From Octopus vulgaris (lineage: Eukaryota), in contig OX597820.1 of NCBI GenBank assembly GCA_951406725.2, positions 17,298,001 through 17,362,000 of the forward strand: a stretch of 64,000 bases of DNA, written 5' to 3'. The notes beneath the pieces are model-generated. The model made no database searches, had not been told where the DNA came from, and was given only the letters and a program-made list of their open reading frames with translations. Below are positions 1 through 12,932 of the stretch, piece by piece. How positions within the stretch are numbered: the stretch's first letter is position 1; each line of letters begins with the position of its first letter. The position numbers and the translations under genes are program-made.

Positions 1-383
1 TTTATGGCGGAAATTACATTTTATATTTTACAGTTATTATTAGAGAAATTGCAATTTATATATTTAGCTGATTCATTTGGGAGTAGTTGTTATTACATCA
101 ATACCATAGTTAGGGGCATCCAGGGTACGATTGATAGTCACTTGTACACACACAGACACACAGACACACACATATACACACTTACATATATATATATATA
201 TAAACATTTATATTAATGTTTTGCACACATGCATATACCATACAAACATATATACATAAGGCAAAATGAAACGATCTTACAAATATTTACGTATCTTATT
301 TAAATCGATAAATCACACGAATAAACACATCGTTCATAAAAAATTAACTCTTTCGCTGTGTCAATATTTACTAAAAGAATAAA

Positions 384-443
<60 letters not shown>

Positions 444-571
444 GCATGTATGTGTGCATACATGTGTGTATGAATGTCTGTATATTTATATATATGTAAC
501 ATAAATGAACATATATATATATATGCACGTTTATCTTTATCTCTCTCTCTCTCATTATATATATATATATA

Positions 572-700
572 CAGTAGAACCTCGGTTTTCGAACAACTCT
601 CATCACAAATTAATCGTATTTTAATTCCTGTCTTTCTTATATTCATTTAATACAGTAGTACCTCAGTTTACGAACGCCTCTGATCATTAATAAATCGTCC
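572..700 (+). mobile_element. Two direct copies of a pogo/Tigger-like terminal repeat fragment
   Basis: TA|CAGTAGAACCTCGGTTTTCGAAC at 572 and TA|CAGTAGTACCTCAGTTTACGAAC at 653; no partner inverted end seen. Confidence 0.45.
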
Positions 701-703
701 TTT

Positions 704-767
704 ATGTATGTATGTATGTATGTATGTATGTATGTATGTATGTATGTATCTATCCATCTATCTATCC

Positions 768-798
<31 letters not shown>

Positions 799-808
799 AA
801 ACTATATA

Positions 809-851
<43 letters not shown>

Positions 852-903
852 CATATGTATATATCATATGTATATATATATGTATATATCATATGTATAT
901 ATC

Positions 904-954
<51 letters not shown>

Positions 955-1030
955 TATATACAAACGTATAGAGATTGAAAGAAAGAGAAAGAAAGAATGG
1001 AAGAAAGAATGAAAGAAAGAGAGAGAGAGA
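704..1030. repeat. Compound microsatellite (TATG)n-(TATC)n-(TA)n-(GAAA/GA)n, representative of dozens of such tracts
   Basis: Direct reading; source of the [12 protein letters not shown] ORFs. Confidence 0.95.
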
Positions 1031-1716
1031 GGATGTGCATATACAATTGTGTGTGTCTGTGTAACTGAATGCGATTAAATTCATAAATATATTAAGATAT
1101 TAGAATGAAAATGTATTGTATGGTTGTGATGTTTATCACCTTTATGCACCAAGGAAGCCAAGGAAATGTATAGAAAATTCGGTATATATACGTATAGATA
1201 TGCATCGATAAATTTTTGGCACTTTTATGTATAACAAAGATATTCCGCGGAGTAACATATTTTATTCACACGACCATATTCAGAATTATCTCTCTATATA
1301 TTTTTTTTATATAACTACCGCATTAAAACCTTTGTACATTGTCACTAAAAGAAACGCACACATGGACGTTCGTGCACACTAATGCATACACACACGCGCA
1401 CACAAAACATATACATCTGACCTATATATATACACACACGTATATACATAGAACGCAGAAACCGTAACCGGTTTTTATACGTTGTGTATACATCATATAA
1501 AGCGTAAAAACGCGGGTTAATTTCTCTGTGTTACTTTACTACATGGTGGTGCGAACTCGGGACCTATCAGGTGTTCAGCTGGTCAGTAATCTGGTATTGT
1601 TACAAGTATGAACTGTGATGGAACGAATCCTTTGCTTGATTTTGTAGCGGTTTTTTTTGTCTTAACGTTTTATGATTTTAAAATATGTCCTGTAATTTTC
1701 ACTATAAAAATATGTA

Positions 1717-1881
1717 GGTATAGGAGTGGCCGTGTGGTAAGTAGCTTGCTTACCAACCACATAGTTCTGGGTTCAGTCCCCCTGCGTGGCACCTTGGTCA
1801 AGTGTCTTCTACTATAGCCTCGGGCCAAACAAAGCCTTGTGAGTGGATTTGGTAGACGGGAACTGAAAGAAGCCCGTCGTA

Positions 1882-1944
<63 letters not shown>

Positions 1945-2151
1945 GTGTGTGTATACGCTTGTGTGTCTGTGTTTGTCCCCCAAACATCGCTTGACAACAG
2001 ATGCTGGTGTGTTTACGTCCACTTAACCTAGCGGTTCGGCAAAAAGAGACCGATAGAATAAGTACTAGGCTTACAAAGAATAAGTCCCGGGGTCGATTTG
2101 CTCCAGCATGGCCACAGTCATATGACTGAAACAAGTAAAAGAGTAAAAGAG
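1717..2151 (+). mobile_element. tRNA-derived SINE, family A (internal (TA)n/(TG)n tract, GTAAAAGA-type tail)
   Basis: A box TGGCCGTGTGG, B-box-like GGTTCAGTCC, body shared with about 10 other copies, 3' end CCAGCATGGCC..GACTGAAACAAGTAAAAGAG. Confidence 0.9.
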
Positions 2152-2329
2152 AAATTTGGGTTTTCGTGATTCTCACGGTCTTGTTTAAGGTAACGACATG
2201 AACAAACAAGGAAACTTCTACACGATCGCTTGATCTGCTAGAAATAAAGCTCAACAACTGAAAGATGTGGGGCTTTCATTTCTAGCAGATGGGGGCTTTT
2301 ATTTCTGTCAACCTATTATTTAAAGCCAG

Positions 2330-2640
2330 TTGCCCTGACTATGACTATTCCTGGTTTTTGGCATAACTTGATTAGCTTTCTTCATGATGGATCCCTCTCC
2401 ACTTCATGTTCCTTTTCGCAGTATGTTTGAATCTGTGGTTTCTTTCTCCCCTTGCATTGTAGGGAGTAAAACGATTTGTCTTGCGAGTCTGCTATTGTCC
2501 ATCCTCTGTACGTGTTCCAAACCAGCGTACATTTCTATCAACGAGGATTTCCACCACAAGAAGCAGACCAGAAAGCCGGTGGACCACTTCATTCTTGATC
2601 TTATCAAAGAGAATGATATCCATAATTTGTTTTTCTATCA
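2330..2640 (-). pseudogene. Degraded 3' fragment of RTE-clade LINE ORF
   Basis: Minus frames give RWF../HVQRMDNSRLARQIV../RFKHTAKRNMK, like the RTE C-terminal LRWxGHVxRM motif; frameshifted. Confidence 0.65.
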
Positions 2641-3537
2641 CCCTAACAACTTAAAATAGGAAAGGAGCCGTAGGTAATGAAGTTCTATATACGTTTCGTA
2701 TGAGAAAAAAAATTACATTAATCAGAGATGTGACTTTGTTGAACATTGTTCTGCCCGGGCATATAGCAATAGTAACAACTGGGTATTATATCGTTGACAT
2801 TAGTATTGCTAAAGAAAAATATATCCACTGTCATGGCGTTTGTTTCGGTGATTAACAAATAAGTATGTCTGTGTTAAAATGGCGACTATAGAAAAAAAAA
2901 TGGTAATCGCGATAACAATGAGTTTAATACTTGTTTAAAACTTTTGGTTATAATACCGCTAATTTTCAGTGAGTCACAAATCTGGATACGTGTACCGCGT
3001 ACGTGATGTCATCCGTTCATAATATGATGTAGAAAAATACACCAAGAAGACAAATGACTGAAATATAATAGGATTTATTCTCGATGACTTTTAGTTTGCA
3101 CTTAAATTACATCTTAACATTCATATAGATGCTCCACTGAATATATGCATGCTTTCGTGTGTAAATGTACATGGGAAATTTTCTGTGTAAAAGGTTTGTG
3201 CGTGTTTCCATGTTAATAAATGTATTTGTGTATTTCTATGTGTATAAAATGTCGTTGTGTGTTTCCATGAATGAAATATGCTTGCATGTTATTCATACAA
3301 AATGTTGATTTTCTATCTGTCAGCTAACATTTAATTATTTACCTACCATACATAATTCCAAACAATAGCAGAGTAGTTTTCAATGCAAGCATATAAGTAT
3401 TAGTAAATATAAATATAAATACATATACACTCAAAACTTCGTCTATTTGTCTATCTATCCACCTACCTACCTATCTATGCATAAATACATGCACACGTGC
3501 ATACATGCACACACACACACACACATATATATACAAC

Positions 3538-3606
<69 letters not shown>

Positions 3607-4004
3607 TTGTACTGAATGAATTTGTAAATGTGTGGTTTATATAAGCTATGGGTGTGTGGTGTCAGCGTGGGTTGGACGTGTGCAAATTTGATTTGCGTGA
3701 AGAAAACGCATAAGAATCTTTGAGTCACGCGTACAAAGTAAAGCAACGCATACACGCAGTTTTGGTGCTATGAACTTTCGTGACACATTTATATATATGT
3801 TTAAAGACTTTCTTTACATGTGTGTTTGTATGTATGCGTATCTCTACATAGATATTTGTGCGTGTGAGTGTGGAGCTATGCAGATACATACAGCCATATA
3901 TCCATCCATACATAAATACATACATGTGTGTATGTATGTATGTTTGTATGTATGTATGTAAGTATGTATGTATGTATGTATGTATGTATGTATGTATGTA
4001 TGTA

Positions 4005-4039
<35 letters not shown>

Positions 4040-4210
4040 ATGTGTGTATGTATGTATGTACATGTGTGTGTGTGTGTGGATGTGTTTATAAACTTGCAAA
4101 GATATTTAAAACCCACATCGCTATACATAAGCAGTATTCGTGTACACCTGGACATTCCAGGGAGCTTATATATTTAAATATTTAAATATATGCATTTGTA
4201 GAAATGCCTA

Positions 4211-4253
<43 letters not shown>

Positions 4254-4423
4254 ATTAAAATTTATATATATATATAAATTAAAACTTATATAAATAAGGA
4301 TAAGATCGTTAATTTGAAATAAAATAACGATTTTATCAAGTGGCCTGCATGGAAAAAATAATCTTCAAAGGTAATAATTATTAAAATTATCAATTAGATA
4401 CCCTAATTTATATATATATATAT

Positions 4424-4470
<47 letters not shown>

Positions 4471-4514
4471 TTAACATAGATACAATACACACACACACAC
4501 ACATATATGTATGC

Positions 4515-4566
<52 letters not shown>

Positions 4567-4826
4567 GTATGTATATATGTACATTTAAATTTTAAATAAT
4601 AAGGGTGAAAAATTGAATTTTAATTTGATTAATTAGCATATTTAAAAATCTGAAGTTTCAGAAAAAATTATATTACATACATATAAGTGGGATGGCCTGT
4701 AAGTGGACAGCCATTATGCTAGAAGAAGATCCGTTTGCTAACTTTTCTTGAGAACATTCCTTTCTTAGTTGGGAAAACCATAGCGGATCTTATTCTAGTC
4801 CACTTACAAGCCTTCTCTTTTATATG

Positions 4827-4874
<48 letters not shown>

Positions 4875-4896
4875 TGTATGTATGTATGTATGTATG

Positions 4897-4950
<54 letters not shown>

Positions 4951-5340
4951 TATGCATATATATATGTATATATGTATATACACACATATATTAAATAACT
5001 GAAGAGATCGATTCATTGATTGGTTTATTGCCATGTACATTTCGATATGCTTTTTATACATTTCTACATTTATATGTATTTATAAATCTTTCTTTTATAC
5101 GTCCTCATAAGTGTATGCATGAAATTGTGAATGTGTGTGTTTGTGTCCACCTGTATTCAGATATGGTATTAAATTCTGGATGAGAATGTAACTGTGAAAA
5201 GGCGAAACAAGTATCCATGCATCCTTCTGTTAAATAATAATATGTTATTGCGTATGTGTTTGCTTCAGACACATGCAAATATTCGCTTATATTCATGTCT
5301 GTGTACGAGTATATTTACATATTTCCAAATTATCTGAAGC

Positions 5341-5375
<35 letters not shown>

Positions 5376-5551
5376 CCATATATATATATATGTATATATA
5401 TACACATACATATATATATATGTATGTATAAATCCATATATATATATATATATGTATGTATATATCCATATATATATATATATATATATGTTTATATCCA
5501 TATATATATGTATATATATGTATTATATATATATGTATATATATATATGTA

Positions 5552-5589
<38 letters not shown>

Positions 5590-5898
5590 TACATATATAT
5601 AAATGGATATATACATATACATTTGTTTTGTTTTGTTTTTTTCTTTTTTGTTTGCACGTTAGACCACTGGAAATGTAAATTTTGATTGAATGTTTTAATT
5701 TTAATTAAATTCCATTTCCCTTTGACATGATTAAATACTGTAAGTTTTTGGATAATTTTCGGTTAAAAGTTGGCGGTTTCTGATTGTAGCCAGCGAAGGA
5801 CTGCGTCTGCGCAGAAAAATTTGAATAGTTAGTTCGTATAAACATGAGATAAGTAGCCTCGTTTGTCTCGTGTTGGATATGTACAACCCTAGGTTGGA

Positions 5899-5974
5899 CC
5901 TTGCTGAAGAAAATCAGATCTTGTGAGTTCTCCTTGACTCCCTAAAAAATAATCAGAAACCAATTGGTCTAGGG
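5899..5974 (+). ncRNA. Putative minimal hammerhead ribozyme in a PLE-like terminal repeat remnant
   Basis: ccttg-CTGAAGA-(45 nt, poorly paired)-GAAA-CCAATTGG-TC-taggg; palindromic stem III, stem I needs GU pairs. Confidence 0.5.
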
Positions 5975-6124
5975 ACTAGATGGTAAATGTTTTTCATTTC
6001 CAAATTTATTCCTGTCGAATTTTATCCGTTATTTTTGTGGTTTACAGAACCTAGCTGTTCTTTCTAGCGTTTTGAATTCCCTACAAGTGGATTCCTTATG
6101 TATTTAAATATACACTATATCGTA

Positions 6125-6174
<50 letters not shown>

Positions 6175-6789
6175 AAATAAGAAGAAAAAAAGCGAAAATG
6201 CACATTGGATATCTCAAAAAAGTAAAGGCCTTTTTTAATGAAAAGTAACGATAAATATATACAATTAGAAGAACTGAGGTAGAATTAAAAGGAATAAAAA
6301 TCATTATATTGAATTGTTAAAGAGATTCAAAGTCATACCGGTATCGTCAAACTCTGTTCACTGGCTTTGAATGAGCACCGATTTTCAAACGGCGTCGGAT
6401 CTATTAGTTTCAGAATTTAAAAGATTATGTGTAAGGTGGGCAAGTAGTTCTGGACGTGGTCCAATTAGGGTAGATATAATACTGTAATATGAATGATGTA
6501 GGGGATGTATGGGTGTTAGTGGTATTATTGGTAAGGTTTGTAGTGTTCTGTATTATGCTATGTACTGATGTTAAGTTCTTGATGATATTTATTTATGAAA
6601 GTTGCCTCTTTATTCATTTCCTTCCTAAAGACAATACGTGCTTATACCTGTCTCCTCTCATAGCTCGTCCTCCTAGCGTTCATAATAATTTTTCTATCGT
6701 CATGGACTAATAGCCCTCATCGTTTATTTTTAATGTCTTGTTCTCACTGTCCTGCTCTTGTGATCACTTTCACCCTCCGCAAAAAATCC

Positions 6790-7030
6790 CAAATTTTATT
6801 TAATTTGCTTTGCGGGAAGGAATGTTTCAAGGAAGTCGCGTATTATCCTTACCTTCGTAATGCGGAGTAGATGAAACAGAGACAACTGATGAAGGGGAAT
6901 ATTCTTCATGTTGCATGTCTTGTATCTCTGTTTGTTTCTTTCGTCGTTCAAAAAACGTTCGTTTTCTATGTTTTTGTTTTTATGTTTTCGTATCTCATTG
7001 TGTTCAACGTTTTTTGATGTCCTGTACCCA
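6790..7030 (+). mobile_element. Non-autonomous repeat related to 54875-55030 (probable PLE derivative)
   Basis: Shares GGAGTAG..GACAACTGATGAAGGG..(T-rich)..GAYGTCCYGTA with 54890-55030. Confidence 0.5.
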
Positions 7031-7204
7031 CATATGCATGTATATATACATATATATGTAGGTATGTACATATATGTATGTATATATGCATATATTCATA
7101 TATTATTTATATTATATATATATATATATATATGTATAAATGAGAAGAAAAAGACAATAAATTTTTTAACATATCTTTAATGATGCATTAAAATTGTTTC
7201 TGTA

Positions 7205-7300
7205 CTAAGCCGGTTTGCAACGCCAGTTTACGCAATAATTCGTTGTGAAAATTTACATGTTTTGCGACTTTAAATATTCGAGTGGCACTTCATCAGACTT
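7205..7300 (-). ncRNA. Degenerate hammerhead-like motif
   Basis: Minus: CTGATGA-agtgcca..(long loop)..tggcgtt-GCAAA-CCGG; second core mutated and stem I unconvincing. Confidence 0.3.
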
Positions 7301-7469
7301 ATATATGTATATAATGCAGTCTCGCGTAGTCCGAGAAAGACGGGTTTGTAATTTCTGGCTGAATAAGCTGCGCTAATGATTTGTTGATAGGCGTCAAACG
7401 TATGTGTTGTGCATCATCTCCCTCCCTCCATGAAACCGACGTTGTCCGGGCAGATACATGGCGTACCAC

Positions 7470-7608
7470 ACGTCAGGTGCCGAAACAATTGCAGAGCAAC
7501 ATGAGATGAAACGTTTTGTTCGAGAACACTGCGCAGCTTCCTGCCCAGGTATTGAAGCAACAATCTCGCGATCGTGAATTCAACAACCTAACCACTAGGA
7601 CATGCAAT
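7470..7608 (-). mobile_element. Diverged tRNA-derived SINE head, related to family C
   Basis: Minus: CCTAGTGGTTAGG..TTCAATACCTGG..GTGTTCTCGAACAAAACGTTTCATCTCA, similar to 43746-43870. Confidence 0.6.
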
Positions 7609-7683
7609 CTCTCTTTCTCTCCCTCACTATATATATATGTATATATATACTTCTCTCCCCTCTCTCTCTCTCTATGTATACAC

Positions 7684-7745
<62 letters not shown>

Positions 7746-7864
7746 CTTAGATATGTTTCGACCAAAGATTGGTCCAGACCTTGCCTAACTTAATAATAAT
7801 TAAAAAGTGACAACAGAAGAATGAGACCTCAATATTAGGTAAATAGAGGAATATTTAGATATGT

Positions 7865-8093
7865 ATAGTTTAGGATAATCAGTGAGTTGTCATAATAGTA
7901 CTCAGAGTTTCAAATGCCGGATCTAAGAGATACGATGCATTATTCCAGTGTCTGAAGCTTAAGGTGTGATTATTGAAACTTGCTTTAAAATTTCCCTCCA
8001 TTAATAGCCGATGAGAATGCTTCTTCGCTATTAGCTCCGGCATTTGAAACTCTGAGTACTACTATGACAGCTTATTGATTATCCTAAACTATA
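7865..8093. repeat. Inverted repeat (~62-bp arms) of PLE pseudo-LTR type, with an extra tail 7790-7864
   Basis: 7865-7926 is the reverse complement of 8031-8093 with few mismatches. Confidence 0.85.
8002..8064 (+). ncRNA. Minimal hammerhead ribozyme with one core substitution
   Basis: taatag-CCGATGA-gaatgc..gcattt-GAAA-CTCTGAG-TA-ctacta. Confidence 0.7.
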
Positions 8094-8103
8094 AATATAT
8101 ATA

Positions 8104-8333
8104 TAGACTTGGCCAAAAGTCACCTGACAGTAAATCAAAATTACATAAATACTTAATCAGTTTAAATTTATTTATTCCAGTTATGAATGTTTAATAATTG
8201 AAAGCTGTGAGTTAAATCAGTTTTTTTTCAACATTTGTTTGTTTATTACCGAAGTTTCATATATAATTGTTTGTTTTAGTTTTGGTATTATAGGGGTTTT
8301 GATTTAGTGTCAGGTGACATTTGGCCAAACCTG
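8104..8333. mobile_element. Tc1/mariner-type MITE, ~37-bp TIRs, TA flanks
   Basis: TTGGCCAAAAGTCACCTGACAGTAAATCAAAA vs TTTTGATTTAGTGTCAGGTGACATTTGGCCAAACCTG|TA. Confidence 0.8.
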
Positions 8334-8337
8334 TATG

Positions 8338-8377
<40 letters not shown>

Positions 8378-8379
<2 letters not shown>

Positions 8380-8720
8380 CGTAGGAGTGGCTGTGTGGTA
8401 AGTAGCTTGCTTACGAATCACATAGTTCCGGCTTCAGTACCTTGGACAAGTGTCTTCTACTAAAATCTCGGGCCAACCAAAGCCATGTGAGTGGATTTGG
8501 TAGACGGAAACTGGAAGAAGCCCGTCGTATATATGTATGTGTGTGTATATGTTTGTCCCCCCCCCCAACATCGTTTGACAACTGATGCTGCTGTGTTTAC
8601 GTCACCGTAACCTAGCGGTTCGGCAAAAAAGATAAGTCCTGGGGTCGATTTGCTCGACTAAAGGCGGTGCTCCAGCATGGCCACAGTCAAATGACTGAAA
8701 CAAGTAAAAGAGTAAAAGAG
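8378..8720 (+). mobile_element. SINE family A with internal deletions
   Basis: Same head, body and tail as 1717-2151. Confidence 0.9.
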
Positions 8721-9132
8721 ATATATGTATATATACCTCTCTCGTTCTTCCACTTGCTCTTTCTCTCCCCATCTGTGTATATATTATATACATATATATA
8801 CTATATGTAATTGAGTGTGCGTGTGTGAGTATAGAATATACAGAGAGGAGTGAGAGAGAGAAAGAGAAAGGGGAACGGACATGGAGACAGACAAACAGAC
8901 AAATAGGCAAAGAGAGATAAATAGATAGAAGTAGATAGACAGGAGTGTGTGAACAGGCGTGCGTATGAAGAAGAAGGATTTCTCGAGAATGTCTATGTAT
9001 ACGGAAATAAGTTAGGTAAGTGTATTAATAATTGAATTTTAGAAACATAAAGCCTCATTCATAACTTTTTGTATAAGCAAGGTAGTTCAAATATCTGCCT
9101 TTCTTTTGTCTCCCCTACGCGCATTCTCTCTG

Positions 9133-9198
<66 letters not shown>

Positions 9199-9896
9199 CT
9201 CTCTGGTTTATTCACTTTTTCTATGCGTGTATTGCAAGTGTTCGCTTTGAATGATGGAGGTGAATGTGAAGTCTTTAATGCCAGCGATGTTGTTATTCAT
9301 TGCATCCGATATTATGGCGTAACGTTAAGTAAGTTAAATGTTGTTTTATTAAATTAGGAAGCCTGACAACCGTCTCATATTTCCAACAAATATAAAAGCA
9401 TGTTCAATATGTGAAGCGCCAACAACCTGAGACTAAACAAAGTTTGACTCATCTTGTCAGAATGATACCATACAGCATACGTTATAAATAATAGAAGCAA
9501 GATTAGTGAATACATCCTGACAAATGGAAACACCGTCAGGTATAGAAATACACCGAAGACGAGTTACGATATTTTATATCGGTTTCTTTAACCCTTCAGT
9601 TAACCTCCTTTTACTTTCGGCTGAATTTATTTGTTCTAAGTACGTTAATTAACAGAAACTTAGAACCAGACAAAATATAATAGACAATGTCTTTTAGTAT
9701 GGATACTCTGTAAATATACTGGAGTATCCGAACAGACAAGAATGACGGCGAGTGTTTTACTAAACTTTGTGATAAATACAATAACTTGGCTTGTATGTAA
9801 GACTATTCGGGTTTTGTGAATAGGAGGCGCTGTTGAAAAATTTACATGATGAAAGTTGGTAATAAGAGTATGAAGACGTAAGCAGAAATGCCCAAA

Positions 9897-10494
9897 GGCG
9901 GTGAGCTGGCAGAAACGTTAGCACGCCGGGCGAAATGCTTTGCGGTATTTCGTTTGCCGTTATGTTCTGAGTTCAAATTCCGCCGAGGTCGGCTTTGCTT
10001 TTCCTCCTTTCGAGGTCGATAAATTAAGTAACAGTTGCGCACTAGGGTCGATGTAATCGACTTAATCCGTTTGTCTGTCCTTGTTTGTCCCCTCTGTGTT
10101 TAGCCCCTTGTGGGTAGTAATGAAATAGGTATTTCGTCTGTCGTACGTTCTGAGTTCAAATTCCGCCGAGGTCGACTTTGCCTTTCATCCTTTCGGGATC
10201 GATTAAATAAGTACCAGTTACGCACTGGGGTCGATATAATCGACTTAATCCGTTTGTCTGTCCTTGTTTGCTCCCTCTGTGCTTAGCCCCTTGTGGGTAG
10301 TAAAGAAATAAGTATTTCAGTTGCCGTTACGTTCTGAGTTCAAATTCCGCCGAGGTTGACGTTGCCTTTCATCCTGTCGGCGTGGATAAATTAAGTACCA
10401 GTTGCGCACTGGGGTCGTGGTAATCGACTTAATCCCTTTGTGTGTCCTTGTTTGTCCGCTCTATGTTTACCCCCTTGTGGACAATACAGAGATA
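9897..10494 (+). mobile_element. SINE family B: tRNA-like head plus three tandem ~184-bp body units
   Basis: GGCGGTGAGCTGGCAGAA head; units restart at GTATTTCG ~10128 and ~10312; core GCCTTTCATCCTTTCGGGGTCGATAAA..AGTACCAG resembles the MetaSINE-type central domain (from memory); flanked by AGAAATGCC(C/A)AAA. Confidence 0.9.
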
Positions 10495-10622
10495 AGAAAT
10501 GCCAAAATAACAGGAAAATATGCTTTCAGACAGTTTTTCTAAATCAGTGACAGTGGTTGCTGTGAAAAACGTTAAATATTATTATTTGCAAGGGGTCGCC
10601 TTCATCGAAAACCGGTGTTTAC

Positions 10623-10667
10623 CATGCGTTGACGAGAGGCAATTACCTTGAAACTATAGTCCGTATG
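10623..10667 (+). ncRNA. Hammerhead ribozyme motif at the tip of a long hairpin (10582-10712)
   Basis: catgcg-TTGACGA-gagg caatta cctt-GAAA-CTATAG-TC-cgtatg; GUC triplet; C3 changed to U. Confidence 0.7.
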
Positions 10668-11401
10668 TAGCACTTAGGTTTTCGAGGGAGGATGACCTCC
10701 CTTTGCAAATAACACAAGGGCACTGAAATTTTGTGTCTAAAGTCCATCTGGTGACGTTGATCGCCTGGGGCTAAAAGCATCAGTAACACCCCACCCCCAG
10801 TGGCTAGCCACTTTCAGATGGCTAGTACACCTTACGTTGTCGAGCGGTTACTGTTTATATCTCGTTCAGAGATTTATTAATAAAATTATTTTTATTTCCC
10901 AAATATTTTACAGGTTTGATTACTTATAATATGTACGATATGTTGTTGTAGAGTCACACGCTAATCTTCTTTGTGCAATTTTCTACAATAAATGCCCTGC
11001 AAAATTTCGCAAATGTTGTATATGTATTGTTATTCAAAACTACTACAACCTATGCATGTTTACACTTGGGTACATGATCTTACGAACATGTCGCATAAAT
11101 TCTCTCAAGGGGCAGACGGTTTGGTTTATGCAAAAGCTGTTCATTTGCAATGTATTTGAAATATTCTGTGCAAAAACTACAAATATATATAAAAAGCATA
11201 CTTATTCACGTTCACCGCAAGCATTTCTGAAGAATAAAATTTCGTGTATAGGCACGAGGAGACACTAACACACCGTGGCCTTCTGAATTTTCAGTCGGTA
11301 ACTCCACTTTTCTTTTTCAGCTTAAAGCAAACGATGCATGTATGCAGTGAAATAGAATATGCGAAGTAGAATATTTAATAGTGGAATAAATGTATATACA
11401 C

Positions 11402-11705
<304 letters not shown>

Positions 11706-12604
11706 GCTTATGTTCCTTAGGGATTCGAAAACTGAGTTGCCAGTTTTAATGTATGACGTATCAAAATGTTCAGTAATCCTTCGGCTACGAAATGAAGTAT
11801 GTTTTTTTCACAACCCTTTTTTTACGACAAAAATAACCTTGAAACGAGGTCAGGTCGCACAATTTTGAGATAATTTTCGGGGGATATTTGAATTTGCTTC
11901 TAATCTACGTTGCCAGTTTTAATGTTTTCGGTGTCAACAAATGCAGCAATGTACAAGGAGTATTATGTGTGCATTTGTGATGCACAAAACCCTATTTGTC
12001 AACGGAAAATGGCCAAAAACCACGCTTTTTGGAACAATTATTGGTACATCTTCCGTCAATAATGACCTTTGTACCACAACTAAACTGCCAATGTGAACGT
12101 CTTCATTATTCGATGATTAAACAATGTCTTTGTAGTATTGTGATACCATTTCTTTGCACAAAGCTCTATTTTTCAATAGAAAATTGATTAATGAACCGTG
12201 TTTCTGGCATAATTGTCATCGCTCCTGGCATTACTACTTGAAACAATTTGTCCATGCAGGTTTTCTTGGTAGCAAATAACTCAGAAATTCCAAACGATCG
12301 TTCTCAGGTTCAAATTCAATAAAAGTTCCCCAGGGATTAAGCACAGTAAGAGCCTGTATTAGTTCAAGTGTGGTAAAGACGTGAAGCAATGACTAAAACC
12401 TTTCGAGATCTTTACCTTTAAAATTTTCGTCTTTACTCAACGCAATTTATGCAAAGTTCGTTACTGCTATTAGTATATATTCATGCCTGATATTCATAAG
12501 GATGTTATTACAGTCTCCCTATTTTCCACAGTGGTTGAGCGTGTACTATAATGCGGGTGGTGTGACAACCTCAGTGAAGACAACAACACCGCGCATCTAT
12601 GCGA

Positions 12605-12932
12605 ATACAAATTCAAATTCTGCCGAGGTCGACATTGCCTTTCCTTCTTTCGAATTGAGTGCTGGGATCGATGTAATCAACGCGGTCTCTCCTACAAATT
12701 TGATGGCTTTATAAAGAAACGTTAAAAATTACAAACCCATGTTTTTGTCTTCCTTCAGCTTACAAAACTTTAAATTCAATTATTTTTCTGTTTCTAATTT
12801 CAAAACGTCCAATAGTTTATTTTTTCGACCTCGAAATTTGGTGCAATTTGAACTCAAGAATGTAAAGATCCGGAGATAATACCGCTAAGTATTTTGCCTG
12901 GCGTGATATCGCTTCTGCTAGCTCGCTGACTT
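12605..12932. mobile_element. Two diverged SINE family B fragments (12605-12710 +, 12820-12932 -)
   Basis: TTCAAATTCTGCCGAGGTCGAC; minus GCGAGCTAGCAGAAGCG..TTCTTGAGTTCAAATT. Confidence 0.6.

Noticed and set aside
2233-2290. Hairpin ATCTGCTAGAAAT..ATTTCTAGCAGAT
   Set aside because: Short local inversion of a repeat fragment; no ribozyme or terminus signature
4676-4830. Imperfect inverted repeat like the PLE fold-backs
   Set aside because: Arms are visible but no convincing hammerhead core could be read
6877-6900. CTGATGA motifs at ~6885 and ~54912 as hammerhead or C/D-box cores
   Set aside because: No downstream GAAA with pairable stems at a suitable distance
12000-12400. Possible decayed REL-type retrotransposon (minus-strand KKWYH)
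   Set aside because: Similarity too weak to support
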